From the IMG/VR virus record IMGVR_UViG_3300031938_000001, positions 1-64,000 of that record: a DNA stretch of 64,000 bases. The stretch is one strand, 5' to 3'. Positions 8,524-17,689 of this stretch are shown one piece after another. A model generated the notes under the pieces. The model had not been told where the DNA came from and ran no database searches. It saw only the letters and a program-made list of their open reading frames with translations. The DNA is from a virus. Its lineage: Duplodnaviria > Caudoviricetes. Position 1 is the first letter of the stretch. Every line of letters starts with the position of its first letter. The position numbers and the translations under genes were made by a program.

Positions 8524-9017
8524 GCCGCCAGTCGCGCATCCTCATCTGCGGCCCCACCTGTGGGCACGACCATGACAGCATCAACGGCCCGACCGGGTGC
8601 TGCGCCGAGCATGGCCCGTACATGTACTTCTGTGCCGACTGTCAGGCCGCCCGGCGCACCGAGAGTGCTGAGCCACCTCTCGACATCGCCGTCATGGCGC
8701 GGAACTTCTCGCTATGGCTGAACAGCACCTACCCGGCCGACCTGTCCGAGGAGACGGTGTTCTGGCGGCGGGTCGGCAAGATCAGCGAGGAGGCTGGCGA
8801 GGTCCGCGAGGCCAGCGGCGCCTACTGGCACGAGAACCCGCGCAAGCCCAAAGGCCCCCTCGAGGATGTGATCAAGGAGCTCTCCGACTGTGTGGGCGCG
8901 GCGCTGGGTGCCATCGAGCACCTGACCGGCCACGAGGGGCGCTCGCTCGAGATCGTCGCGCAGCGCATCCGCGAAGTCTGCGAGCGTGTCGGCGTCCCCA
9001 CCACGGACGGTGCGTGA
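8520..9017 (+). CDS. MazG-like nucleotide pyrophosphohydrolase with N-terminal Zn finger
   Basis: KISEEAGEV...KELSDC (EExxE...ExxD); GTGA coupling. Confidence 0.75.
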   Translation: MSRQSRILICGPTCGHDHDSINGPTGCCAEHGPYMYFCADCQAARRTESAEPPLDIAVMARNFSLWLNSTYPADLSEETVFWRRVGKISEEAGEVREASGAYWHENPRKPKGPLEDVIKELSDCVGAALGAIEHLTGHEGRSLEIVAQRIREVCERVGVPTTDGA

Positions 9018-9319
9018 TGCAAGTCATCCACGTCTGCGGGTTCGGCACGAACGGCATCAAGGCATCCCTCGTTGAGGGGTCGCTGGCCGAGGTCGCCAAC
9101 CGGACACTGGACGCGATCCGCAGCCACGGCCACGATGTGCGGGTCGCGACCGTCCGCGACCTCGACGGCTGGCTGAAGGAAGTCCACGCCACCGTCACCG
9201 TCGAGCCCGACCAGCCCATGTGGCACAGGTTCATCACTCCGAGCGAGCCTTGGCCCATGGCGCCACCCGACAACAAGGAGAAGAAAGATGAGCCGAATCG
9301 TCATCCTCGAGGTGAGTGA
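9017..9319 (+). CDS. Hypothetical protein
   Basis: TGATG coupling. Confidence 0.6.
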   Translation: MQVIHVCGFGTNGIKASLVEGSLAEVANRTLDAIRSHGHDVRVATVRDLDGWLKEVHATVTVEPDQPMWHRFITPSEPWPMAPPDNKEKKDEPNRHPRGE

Positions 9320-9551
9320 CGTGAACGCCGAGGACAAGCTCGATGTGGCACTGATGACCCTCGACAAGGACTCGGTGCACAAGGTGTACTCGGCCCCGAT
9401 TGGGACCATCAACAGCCGCCGCGACCACAAGCGCGAGGCGTTCCTCGAGTGGCTGCTGTCCATGGACGACCCGGACGACCATCAGGGCCTCGAGGAGCGC
9501 CGCACCGTCCGGCTGGACGAGATCATCCGGCGCGCAAGGGCCGCCCGGTGA
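9288..9551 (+). CDS. Hypothetical protein
   Basis: AAGGAG/AGAAAG RBS; operon context. Confidence 0.65.
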   Translation: MSRIVILEVSDVNAEDKLDVALMTLDKDSVHKVYSAPIGTINSRRDHKREAFLEWLLSMDDPDDHQGLEERRTVRLDEIIRRARAAR

Positions 9552-9799
9552 GCGCCGCCTCCGCCTCGTTCGCCGCGCACGAGGCGATCCTCGCCGGAGA
9601 GTGGGACGGCTACCTCGACCGCATCGCGATGGCGATCCGGCGCCGCCGCCGGATGTTCGACATGACCTCCCCGCCGCCCGAGCCCCTGCCTGCAGGTCAG
9701 GTGTGGGTGGCGATGAACGGGCCGGGGCCGCCCCACTGGGAGCCGCGCGGCACGGGCGTCGTCATCGTCCTCGATGACAGCAGCCTTACCGATGGCTAG
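9548..9799 (+). CDS. Hypothetical protein
   Basis: GTGA coupling. Confidence 0.55.
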   Translation: MSAASASFAAHEAILAGEWDGYLDRIAMAIRRRRRMFDMTSPPPEPLPAGQVWVAMNGPGPPHWEPRGTGVVIVLDDSSLTDG

Positions 9800-10001
9800 T
9801 CACCACAGGTCGTCGCCGCGTCCCTCCTCGATGGGGCGGCGTCCGGTCGTGACCGGAGACGAGCAGGACGTGCACACCGGCTGGCGTCACGTCTACAAGT
9901 ACCTGCAGCGCAAGGGCGCTGTCGCACGAGTCAAGAGATTCACCAACCGTCGCGAGCGTCGGCAGGCGCGCGCCATGATCAAGGAGCAGTTGGATGGCTA
10001 A
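9792..10001 (+). CDS. Small basic phage protein (GDEQD..TGWR...RRERR)
   Basis: Overlapping operon packing; basic C-terminus. Confidence 0.6.
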   Translation: MASHHRSSPRPSSMGRRPVVTGDEQDVHTGWRHVYKYLQRKGAVARVKRFTNRRERRQARAMIKEQLDG

Positions 10002-10182
10002 GAGGATCAACACCGCCCGGCAGGGCCGCCGCGCCCGCAAGCGCGCCATGGACACCGGCATCCGCAAGAAGACCCGCGAGATCAAGTCCACTGTGGACAC
10101 CGCGAGGCAGCGGGGGCTCACGCACAAGATTGCCCAGCCGGAGGAGCGGCCCAGCCTCACCGATGAGATCTTCGGTGACTGA
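9994..10182 (+). CDS. Small basic protein
   Basis: AAGGAG RBS. Confidence 0.6.
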   Translation: MAKRINTARQGRRARKRAMDTGIRKKTREIKSTVDTARQRGLTHKIAQPEERPSLTDEIFGD

Positions 10183-10438
10183 CCACATCCACACCGCCCG
10201 GCCCGGCGAGCGCGAGTGCTTTGTCTGCAACGTGGACACGCTCGACGCCGCGCGAGCCGAACTGGGGCTGGCTCCCATGCACGAGCACGAGCCGGTGGAG
10301 CGTGAGTACGGACCCGACCAGAGTGTGATCGAGTGCCGCAGGTGTGGCATCGAGTGGCCCTGCCCTGCAATCAAGGCGATCAACCGCAACGCGAAGATCG
10401 CTCGCGAGAGGCGTGCCTTGGAGCGCCAAAAGAGATAG
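10175..10438 (+). CDS. Small Cys/His Zn-binding protein
   Basis: CFVC, HEH, CRRC..WPC motifs. Confidence 0.6.
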   Translation: MTDHIHTARPGERECFVCNVDTLDAARAELGLAPMHEHEPVEREYGPDQSVIECRRCGIEWPCPAIKAINRNAKIARERRALERQKR

Positions 10439-10483
10439 CAGGCATGCTGGAGGGCGGCATACCCGTCGTGGCATGGTGACTCC

Positions 10484-10798
10484 ATGGCCGAGGGGTATGC
10501 CGCCATCGTGGAGAGCGCGCGCTGTGATGCGTGCGGCTGCTCGTGGTTCCTCGTGCTCGGCGCCGAGGACGGTGACTACGCCGGGATGGGCTGCGTGCGA
10601 GTCAATGGCGCTGGCGTGGTCGTCGGCTACTCGGGCACGCTGGTGTGCGCCGATTGCGACGCGGTGATAAGTCTTCCGCAGTTGAGTGACATCCCCGACG
10701 AGCTGGGCGAGCTGGCGCTGGAATCGCTCTCATCTCCCGACGCACCCGCAGATCTCGTTCCGCCACGAAGAAAACTCACCGGTCCGGCGAAGGATTGA
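10484..10798 (+). CDS. Zn-ribbon protein
   Basis: CDACGC and CADC pairs. Confidence 0.6.
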   Translation: MAEGYAAIVESARCDACGCSWFLVLGAEDGDYAGMGCVRVNGAGVVVGYSGTLVCADCDAVISLPQLSDIPDELGELALESLSSPDAPADLVPPRRKLTGPAKD

Positions 10799-11102
10799 CG
10801 TGCGCGCCGCTGAGCATCGAGATGAGGCGTATCGCCTCTATTCTCAGGGCAAGTCCTGTTGTGCGCAGATCCACGAGGCCATGTGGCGTGAGAAGAGTCG
10901 GAAGTGGGCTGGCTTTAACGCCGGCAAGCAATCCTTCCGTCGCCCCCTGCGACCCTTGCGCATCCTTGAATATCCTCTGCGCATCCTTGGGATTACTGGA
11001 CCCGGCGTGCGGCCACTCATCTCATCTCTGTCGTTCGCCGATAGCAAACCCGCGCGTGTTGGTGTTGGCCCCGCCCCGTGGCCCCGAAGTACCGTCACTG
11101 GT

Positions 11103-11306
11103 ATGACTCGACGCCTGCACCAGACCACGGACCGCCGCCGCATCGGCCCCAACGCCATGCTGGACGCGGAGTTCGACCGCCAGTTCAACAACGCTCGCCG
11201 TCTCGCCTACGGGTGGTTCATGTTCTGCGCCTGTGTGGCCGTGATCATGCTCGGCCTCGTCGTGTGGGCGGTCATCGAGATAGTCTCGTGGCTCACGAGC
11301 AAGTAG
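11103..11306 (+). CDS. Small membrane protein
   Basis: C-terminal hydrophobic helix; start uncertain. Confidence 0.55.
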   Translation: MTRRLHQTTDRRRIGPNAMLDAEFDRQFNNARRLAYGWFMFCACVAVIMLGLVVWAVIEIVSWLTSK

Positions 11307-11433
11307 AGTCCCAGCGCTCCGACGAGCTCGCCGGGCTCGGGCTCGGCTTCGCTCTCGCCTTGGGGTTGTGGACCTTCCTCTGGAAGTGGAGGGTCGGCCA
11401 GTGGGTTCGGCGCAACCTCGGATGACACCCCCC

Positions 11434-11508
11434 GCCCCCGTAGCCCAAATGGCAGAGGCGCCGGCTTCAAGTACCGGATAGTGAGGGTTCGAGTCCCTCC
11501 GTGGGGCA
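11434..11508 (+). tRNA. tRNA-Leu (anticodon CAA), atypical: short variable loop, bulged acceptor stem, no encoded CCA
   Basis: D-arm GCCCAAATGGCAGAGGC; anticodon arm CCGGC-TTCAAGT-ACCGG; T-arm GAGGG-TTCGAGT-CCCTC; discriminator A. Confidence 0.75.
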
Positions 11509-11530
11509 CAACGACGAAGGAGTACATCCC

Positions 11531-11827
11531 GTGAAGAACCAGATTCGGCGGTTGCGCCAGCGCAACCCGCTGACCCGGTGGAATCGCAAGCAGAGGCTTG
11601 CCTCGCCGGGCCGCTACTACGGCGACGGCGGCACGATCCACCACACCGGCTACCTCGACGTGGAGGTCCACAAGGGCCGCGTCGTCTCGGTGTGGTTCCG
11701 CTGCCAGCCGCTCGCCTTCAAGGCGGTCGATGTCCACGATGAGCGCGCGGCCGAGATGGACCGCATGATGGCCGACGGCGCGGGCGCTGGCATCACTGGC
11801 GTGGAGGTGCACGATGGCCGAGCATGA
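11531..11827 (+). CDS. Hypothetical protein
   Basis: AAGGAG RBS before GTG 11531. Confidence 0.7.
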   Translation: MKNQIRRLRQRNPLTRWNRKQRLASPGRYYGDGGTIHHTGYLDVEVHKGRVVSVWFRCQPLAFKAVDVHDERAAEMDRMMADGAGAGITGVEVHDGRA

Positions 11828-12041
11828 GCGCAGCGCCGACGAGGTGAACGAGGAGGCTCAGCGCCTTCTCGGCGTCGCCGGGCTCGCCACCGAAGGCTCG
11901 ATGACTGAGGCCGGAGGCTCGCTGCACGAGGTGTATCTCTCCTTCGTGGATGCGGGCTTCACCACCCGACAGGCCCTGTGGCTGGTCGGCACCATGGTGT
12001 CGCTCCACGGCCCCGGCCTTCCGCCCGAACCGGGAGACTGA
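11814..12041 (+). CDS. Hypothetical protein
   Basis: GGAGG RBS. Confidence 0.65.
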   Translation: MAEHERSADEVNEEAQRLLGVAGLATEGSMTEAGGSLHEVYLSFVDAGFTTRQALWLVGTMVSLHGPGLPPEPGD

Positions 12042-12042
12042 G

Positions 12043-12249
12043 ATGAAGACATTCCACCTGCAGCGCGACGTAGACGTGTCCGGCATCTCCGGCACCGGCA
12101 TCGTGGCCGATGGGGTCGTGTTCCCCGATGGGGCATGCGTGATCCGGTGGCGAGGCGAGCGGCAGTCCACTGTCGTATGGCCCTCAATCGAGGACGTGGA
12201 GGCGATCCACGGCCACGGCGGAGCCACCCGGATCGTGTGGGCCGACTGA
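12043..12249 (+). CDS. Conserved actinophage small protein (DVSGISGTG..A.GV.F.DG...IHGHGG)
   Basis: GGGAG RBS; motif recalled from actinophages, function unknown. Confidence 0.8.
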   Translation: MKTFHLQRDVDVSGISGTGIVADGVVFPDGACVIRWRGERQSTVVWPSIEDVEAIHGHGGATRIVWAD

Positions 12250-12380
12250 TGGGCTGCCCCTACGCCCCGCGCGGCTGGCGCTGCTCCCACGACGCGCCCC
12301 ACGACGGCCCCTGCCCGCTGTGGCCGCGCTGGTGGAACATCGTGGCCCGCTGGCGCCACCGCGACAGCCTGAGCCGTTAG
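12249..12380 (+). CDS. Small Cys/His peptide, 43 aa
   Basis: TGATG coupling; C..H.GPC motif. Confidence 0.5.
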   Translation: MGCPYAPRGWRCSHDAPHDGPCPLWPRWWNIVARWRHRDSLSR

Positions 12381-12599
12381 ATGCGCCGGATCATCGCCCG
12401 CGCTCGCGAGCACCGCGAAAAGAGGAACCGGATGACGCGGCGCTCGGTGCGTCAAGCACCTTGCCCACGCCACCCGGTTCCGGATATGGCGGTCGCCGAC
12501 CTATCCGCCCACTGCATCGGCGCGCGCTGCTGGGTGAGTGAGCTCCTCCCCGACCACGCTCGACTCACTCTCGAGCGCCTTGAGGGTCTCGAGCCGTAG
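12381..12599 (+). CDS. Hypothetical protein
   Basis: Abuts previous stop; overlaps a convergent gene. Confidence 0.4.
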   Translation: MRRIIARAREHREKRNRMTRRSVRQAPCPRHPVPDMAVADLSAHCIGARCWVSELLPDHARLTLERLEGLEP

Positions 12600-12821
12600 G
12601 TCTTCCCACGGGTCGTATGGCACGAAGCGCTCCAACTTCGTGAGGTGGAAGCCCCCACACTGGTCGCAGTCGTAGTAGCGCCTCTCGCGCCGAGACCCAC
12701 CGTGCCAGCGGTTCTCCTGCATCTTACGGCTCTGGCGAAGCGCCGCCTCCGCATCTTCCTCGGTGCGGAAGCGGCGCTTTCCCGTTGCCTTGCAGGTGCT
12801 GTAGTTCGTACGTCGTCCCAT
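12501..12821 (-). CDS. Zn-ribbon phage protein (C..TGK..F...YDCDQCGGFHLT)
   Basis: Recognisable phage motif. Confidence 0.7.
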   Translation of the reverse strand: MGRRTNYSTCKATGKRRFRTEEDAEAALRQSRKMQENRWHGGSRRERRYYDCDQCGGFHLTKLERFVPYDPWEDLRLETLKALESESSVVGEELTHPAARADAVGG

Positions 12822-12826
12822 GGCCG

Positions 12827-14809
12827 TCAGTCCTCGTTGACGACGCGGTAGCGAGCGACCTTCTTCCCACCGTCGGTCTTCGAGATGACTTCCTCGATTT
12901 CACCGACCTCTTGCATCAACTTCAACACCCGAGCGTAGTTCTCGAGTGCAATCTTCTTGCGCTTCAACAGGTTGCGCAGTTCGCGGCGGCTGATCGCGCG
13001 CTTGTGCCTCGTCTGGTAGTTCCGCATCGCGCCGATGATGTACTGGTGCGCATCCTCCAGCGGCCCCATGCCGATGTCGCCGCCGAGCATCTTGTAGGAA
13101 CGCCGCAGGTACTCCCACATGCTGATCGCGTCCGTGGCGGTCGCCGCGCTGACGTTGCGTTCACCCCGGTCGATGGCGAGCAGGAGCATGATCTTCTTGA
13201 GATGAAGGTCGGTACGAGTGAGGAGTGACTCCTCCTCCTCGGCCCGGCTCGGCTCGAGGGTGCTGTGGAAGAACTCGTCCCACACCTTGAACGCCTCGTC
13301 GGTGAGCCCGATGCTGTCCACCGAGGATGACCATGCGCGAATCTTGCGCAGCAGGTCCACACACTCGGTGATGTCGATCCTCCGGCGGCCGAACGACACC
13401 TTCACCTTGTCTCGTCCGCAAGCGAAGATCCAGCGGTTCAGGAACCCGCTGTCGGCGTCGGACGCTACGAGCAGGTCGCGGACCGCCCTTGGCTGGGTGG
13501 ACGTGACGCACGAGGCGAACGGCAGGTTGGCGATGGCGTGGCCCGCGCCGCGTGACTTCAACTCGACAATGCGCTCGCCGTCGAAGAACGACATGAGCGT
13601 CGGCTTCATCACCGACCCGGCCCGCGAGCCGCGCCCGGTCAGGGTCGCCAACTCATCGAATCGTACGAGCCCGCGCACGGGCGAGTGCCCGATCAACTTC
13701 TTGGGGTCTGTCGGGTCATAGATTGGCTTGCTGAAGGCATCGACTAGCGACTCGGCGCTGCCGGGGCTGGGCACGAGGTAGGTGCCGCTGCTGGCCGGGT
13801 CGTCCGGGTCGTACGGGAGCGCCTCGCGCAGCAGTTCCGTGAGCGCGCGCTGGGCTCGCGACTTGCCCTGACCCGACGGGCCAAAGAGGCAGATGAACAG
13901 GTTGGCGTTGACCGCCGGGCTGTCGGAGAGCACCGTGTCCCGCCCGACCGCGAGCCCGATGGCCTGCATCCCGAGCCAGAAGTAGAACTCGTCCGGCAGG
14001 TCATCTCCGCTGGTCGCCTCCATCCAGCGGCGCAGGAACGAGTCTGGCGGCGTGACGGCATACCAGTCAATAGTCGGATACTCGAGAAGTTCCTCGTCTT
14101 CGAAGTCATCGGGAACAGGGAAGTGGAGCACGGCCGCCGTGGGCTCGTCGTCACCCTTCGCGCCCTTCGCATCCGGCTTCGCATCGTGCTCGACGACGGG
14201 CTTCGGATCCTCGACGACGGCATCGTCGGTTACGTCCGACTCAATCTCGATGCGTTCGATGTACTCCTTGCCGCCGAGAGTCCGCTTGATGACGTAGCCG
14301 AGGTCCTCGGCGATCCGGCGCCGCAGGTCGGGGAAGTTCTTGCCGTCCTTGTAGCCGGGGACATCGAAGCCGTGGTGGTATGCCGCGATGTCGAACTTGT
14401 CGCCACCCTCGTTGCACGAGCCGCAGAACCAAGTCTCCTTGTCGAGGTTGATCCATGCGCTCGGGTTCTTGTCGGGGTGCTCGGGCTTGGGGCAGGAGAC
14501 CATGATTGACTCGCGCTTGCCGCGCGGGTTCGGCTCCATCTTTCCGCACCAGCGCCGGTACGCCTCGAGGATGTCGATTGAGTCAACGAGCCTGTCGATT
14601 TCGTCGTCGTCTTCGTTGTGCTCGTAGCCCGGCTCTACTTCGGGGATCAGGTCCGCGTCGTGCTCGACGGTCGCGACCGGGACCGGGGTGAGCGGCCGAA
14701 CGGGCTTGACGTTGGCGTCTTCTCCGGGTGAATCCATCTCTACTGCGAGCGGCTTCTCGGCCCGCTCCGCCTGCAGCCTGCGCAGACGCTCTTGGAAGGA
14801 TTCGCTCAC
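12827..14809 (-). CDS. CHC2-type Zn finger fused to DUF3987/YfjI-like P-loop helicase
   Basis: CPKPEH.D.NPS...WFCGSC..GGD; GPSGQGKS; FDE; SGFLNRW; start moved to GTG 14809 (GGAGG RBS). Confidence 0.8.
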   Translation of the reverse strand: MSESFQERLRRLQAERAEKPLAVEMDSPGEDANVKPVRPLTPVPVATVEHDADLIPEVEPGYEHNEDDDEIDRLVDSIDILEAYRRWCGKMEPNPRGKRESIMVSCPKPEHPDKNPSAWINLDKETWFCGSCNEGGDKFDIAAYHHGFDVPGYKDGKNFPDLRRRIAEDLGYVIKRTLGGKEYIERIEIESDVTDDAVVEDPKPVVEHDAKPDAKGAKGDDEPTAAVLHFPVPDDFEDEELLEYPTIDWYAVTPPDSFLRRWMEATSGDDLPDEFYFWLGMQAIGLAVGRDTVLSDSPAVNANLFICLFGPSGQGKSRAQRALTELLREALPYDPDDPASSGTYLVPSPGSAESLVDAFSKPIYDPTDPKKLIGHSPVRGLVRFDELATLTGRGSRAGSVMKPTLMSFFDGERIVELKSRGAGHAIANLPFASCVTSTQPRAVRDLLVASDADSGFLNRWIFACGRDKVKVSFGRRRIDITECVDLLRKIRAWSSSVDSIGLTDEAFKVWDEFFHSTLEPSRAEEEESLLTRTDLHLKKIMLLLAIDRGERNVSAATATDAISMWEYLRRSYKMLGGDIGMGPLEDAHQYIIGAMRNYQTRHKRAISRRELRNLLKRKKIALENYARVLKLMQEVGEIEEVISKTDGGKKVARYRVVNED

Positions 14810-15033
14810 GCCGCAGCCTCCGCCATCTCGGCCTTGTGGGCGTTGTGCCAGCGCTTGCGGGCGCGATAGGTCGAGAGGTGTGGGCTCCGCTCGCCGCACG
14901 AGCACACCGCGTGCCCGTCGCCAGCCGCCGAGCCGACGGGGCTCAGCCGACTCCGGTAGAACACCAGACAGTCATCTCTCACGCACGTCGGGTGGGCGAA
15001 TGCCGCCCCCGCGTCCTCCAGCAGGTGCTTCAT
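14806..15033 (-). CDS. Small Zn-finger protein
   Basis: ATGA coupling; C-C-CSCG-WHNAH. Confidence 0.65.
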   Translation of the reverse strand: MKHLLEDAGAAFAHPTCVRDDCLVFYRSRLSPVGSAAGDGHAVCSCGERSPHLSTYRARKRWHNAHKAEMAEAAA

Positions 15034-15956
15034 GCCCACGTCAGCCCTTCAGTCATGGACTCCATGGCGTCGGCCTCGGTCAGCGTGCCGAACGGGCCGT
15101 ACTTGAGGAAGTAGCCGCGATTGCCGGACTTGCGGTTGACCCCGAGGGGGAGCCGGATGAGGTTGCCGAGGTCCTTGCCGTCGAGCGCGTCCTGCTTCGG
15201 GAAGACCTCGATGCTGATGGGGTCGAACGCTTCGCGCTGGTCGCGGAAGAAGATGTTCCCCCGGTGCGCCGCGTAGTGGTCGAAGGACTCCAGCACGAGC
15301 GACGCGGCCATGCGGATGTCGGCGGCGGGCTGCTCGCCGACGAGGCCGTAGACGTGCAGGCCCTTGTTGCCACTGTAAGAGATGGCGACGGGGATCTCGA
15401 GGAGCTCGTTCGCCTTCGCCGCCAGCGCGAACGCCGTCTCCTGCAGCAGGCTGGTCAGCGCGAGCGTGTCGGGGCTGGTGCCGATGCCGATCTCGTGCTC
15501 ATGGGACATCTCCTCGCAGCGCGGCGGCTGGAAGTCGGTGTACCACCCCTTCATGCAGACGGTGCACCACTGCCACATGCGCTCGGGGTGCCACACGTCG
15601 CGGGCGCTGCCCTCGCGCTCGATCAACGTCTCGTTGTCGCGCGGGTCGAGCACGGACCACTTGACCGGGCGCCGCTCGTTGTCGTGTGAGCGGAACTCCT
15701 TCTCGAGGTCGATGTCGAAGCAGAACACCTTCGCGGTGTTGTCCTTCGAGAGCACGTAGTGGCCGAACGTCTGCTTGCCCTCGACGTGAGCCATGAGGTC
15801 ACCCATGGTCCACGGAAGGCGCTCGCTGCTCGGCTCCTTGGGATTGACCACGACCGGCATGTACGCGCCGTGACGGGTCTGGATCGCCTTTACGTCTCGA
15901 CGTGCGATGAACGTCTTTGCGATCTGTGCTGCTAGAGTGCCGGTGTCGGCCGACAA
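15030..15956 (-). CDS. Archaeo-eukaryotic primase (AEP) superfamily primase/polymerase
   Basis: FDID, SGNKGLHVY, NLIRLPLG motifs; TTG start after CAGGAGG. Confidence 0.85.
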   Translation of the reverse strand: MSADTGTLAAQIAKTFIARRDVKAIQTRHGAYMPVVVNPKEPSSERLPWTMGDLMAHVEGKQTFGHYVLSKDNTAKVFCFDIDLEKEFRSHDNERRPVKWSVLDPRDNETLIEREGSARDVWHPERMWQWCTVCMKGWYTDFQPPRCEEMSHEHEIGIGTSPDTLALTSLLQETAFALAAKANELLEIPVAISYSGNKGLHVYGLVGEQPAADIRMAASLVLESFDHYAAHRGNIFFRDQREAFDPISIEVFPKQDALDGKDLGNLIRLPLGVNRKSGNRGYFLKYGPFGTLTEADAMESMTEGLTWA

Positions 15957-16326
15957 AGTATCCTCCTGCGGGGAACAGTGAGACCCACCCGAGATGCGTC
16001 CAACTATGCCGGTCGGGCGCTGCTATTGGGTGGGGCTGGCGGTTGCTGGGTGCCCGAATCCTAGCGGTGAAATAACAGCGCTGTCATTCGGGGGCGTACC
16101 CGCCCACGCTACCCCAATCCGCCCCGACGATCCCGCATTGACCCGTGCATTCGACGTACGCGAGCCGTCACGATCAGTGCCTACAATGGAACGGCTGCGC
16201 CGGGTCCACTGAACCTGTCGTTTGCTGGGAGGCGGCCCTCCGATACCCCGTGCCGGGGGTGGGGGGCCGCCATTCTCTTTGAACCGCGTTCTGCGTTGAT
16301 GCTACCTGCATAGGGCGAACGTCCTG

Positions 16327-16332
16327 TACCGT
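16327..16332 (+). promoter_or_regulatory. Putative -10 (TACCGT) 7 nt before GTG 16340, a leaderless-type start of the packaging operon
   Basis: TANNNT spacing typical of actinobacterial leaderless mRNAs; no SD visible. Confidence 0.4.
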
Positions 16333-16339
16333 CAGGCTC

Positions 16340-17689
16340 GTGAGCACCGAGGTTTGGTTCAGGAATCCGGACCTCTACATCCGAGAGATAGTAGAGGTTG
16401 GAGTCGAGCGCATTGCCATCGACCGGGGGTATGCCGTCAAGCGGCGCATCGACCCGGTGCGCTTCGCGACCCTCTACTACCCCAAGACCACCGACTTTCG
16501 CATCCTCATGGTGGGCGATCAAGGCACCGCCGAGTATCGCCGTGGCGACGCCCTCGACAAGCCGACCGGCGTCTACCCCACGTGGGACTACACCGCCGAG
16601 GATCTCACCGTCCTCGAGGAGTTGATGGCGAAGCCGGTCGGCCACGACCCGGCCATCTGTGCCGACGACAGCGTGCCCCCCGACGAGCGCCCGGTACTCG
16701 GGCAGGAGCATCGGGTGGTTGTCATCCGCCTCCCCATCGCCTCGTCCGGTCCCGGCCGCCGGGTGCTGCACCAACTCAGCGACCTGCAGCGCGACTACCC
16801 CGACTGCATCTTGCACATCCACGGGCTCTACGGGTTCCGGCCGGCCTTCAGTAACGGGTTCGGCGCCGTGGACATCGAGGCGCGCACCACCGCCGCCAAG
16901 GGCAAGGTGATCCTGCCGAACGGCAAGGAACTCCGGCACGAGATGACCGCGAAGGTCCCCGACTGGGTGACCCTGCTCGGGATGTCGCCTGTCGATCTTG
17001 AGCAGCCGCGAAACAGGTGCATGTATATCATCAGATCAGCCCTCTGGGCTGGCGAGAACTTCACGAAGGACCTCAAGTTTCGCGTCAAGGGTGGGGTCAC
17101 GGTAGACCCCGACGCCGCTACCCCGACCGCCGCGACGGTCGCCCACTATCGGTCCGGCACGTCCGTGGTCAAGCCCGGCGACAAGTTCGCGTGCGACTCA
17201 TGCTCGCTGGCCGACACCTGCAAGTACTACCGGGAAGGATCGGTGTGCACCGTGCCCGACGCCGAATCGAGCGAACTGGTCCGTATGTTCCGCACTCGCG
17301 ACGCCGAGCGGATCATTGACGGACTCAACTCCGTACTCGCCAAGCAGGCCGAGCGTCTCGAGCGTGGCGTCGAGGAGGAGGAGGAGTTCAATGAACTCTC
17401 CCCCGAGGTCACCAAGATCATCAACTCCCTGATGACCCACGGCGTGAAACTCGCCAAGCTGATCAACCCAGCCCTCAACGGCGGCCCCAAGGTGGGCGTG
17501 TTCGTCGCTGGAGGTCACGCTGCGGGGAGTACCAACCCCAAGGCGGCTATCGCTGGCGTGGTGGCCGAACTCGAGGCGCAGGGCATCCCCCGCGAGCGCA
17601 TCACCGAGGAGATGATCATCCGCGTGCTGTCCGGCGGACCGAGCAAGGAGATCGTCGCCAGCGTGGCGACGGAGGTGCGCGCGGGATGA
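16340..17689 (+). CDS. Terminase-small-subunit-position protein: degenerate TGT/DpdA-like N-terminus, C4 Zn cluster, helical C-terminus
   Basis: Directly coupled to TerL (ATGA); IAIDRGY, LHIHG, AVD motifs; CDSC-x5-C-x8-C. Confidence 0.5.
   Translation: MSTEVWFRNPDLYIREIVEVGVERIAIDRGYAVKRRIDPVRFATLYYPKTTDFRILMVGDQGTAEYRRGDALDKPTGVYPTWDYTAEDLTVLEELMAKPVGHDPAICADDSVPPDERPVLGQEHRVVVIRLPIASSGPGRRVLHQLSDLQRDYPDCILHIHGLYGFRPAFSNGFGAVDIEARTTAAKGKVILPNGKELRHEMTAKVPDWVTLLGMSPVDLEQPRNRCMYIIRSALWAGENFTKDLKFRVKGGVTVDPDAATPTAATVAHYRSGTSVVKPGDKFACDSCSLADTCKYYREGSVCTVPDAESSELVRMFRTRDAERIIDGLNSVLAKQAERLERGVEEEEEFNELSPEVTKIINSLMTHGVKLAKLINPALNGGPKVGVFVAGGHAAGSTNPKAAIAGVVAELEAQGIPRERITEEMIIRVLSGGPSKEIVASVATEVRAG

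Noticed and set aside
10800-11100. Long ORF 10686-11306 or a structured ncRNA around the TGCGCATCCTT repeats
   Set aside because: Upstream part lacks RBS and convincing coding pattern; two short repeats are not enough to call an RNA
11465-11471. Alternative TCA (opal suppressor/Sec) anticodon reading of the tRNA
   Set aside because: That register destroys the anticodon stem; CAA keeps four pairs and U33
15954-15956. Link between TTG start of the primase and the tRNA-Leu(CAA)
   Set aside because: Start codons are read by initiator tRNA, not tRNA-Leu
16340-17689. Complete 7-deazaguanine DNA modification system
   Set aside because: No folE, queD, queE or queC in the window, and TGT-like motifs are degenerate
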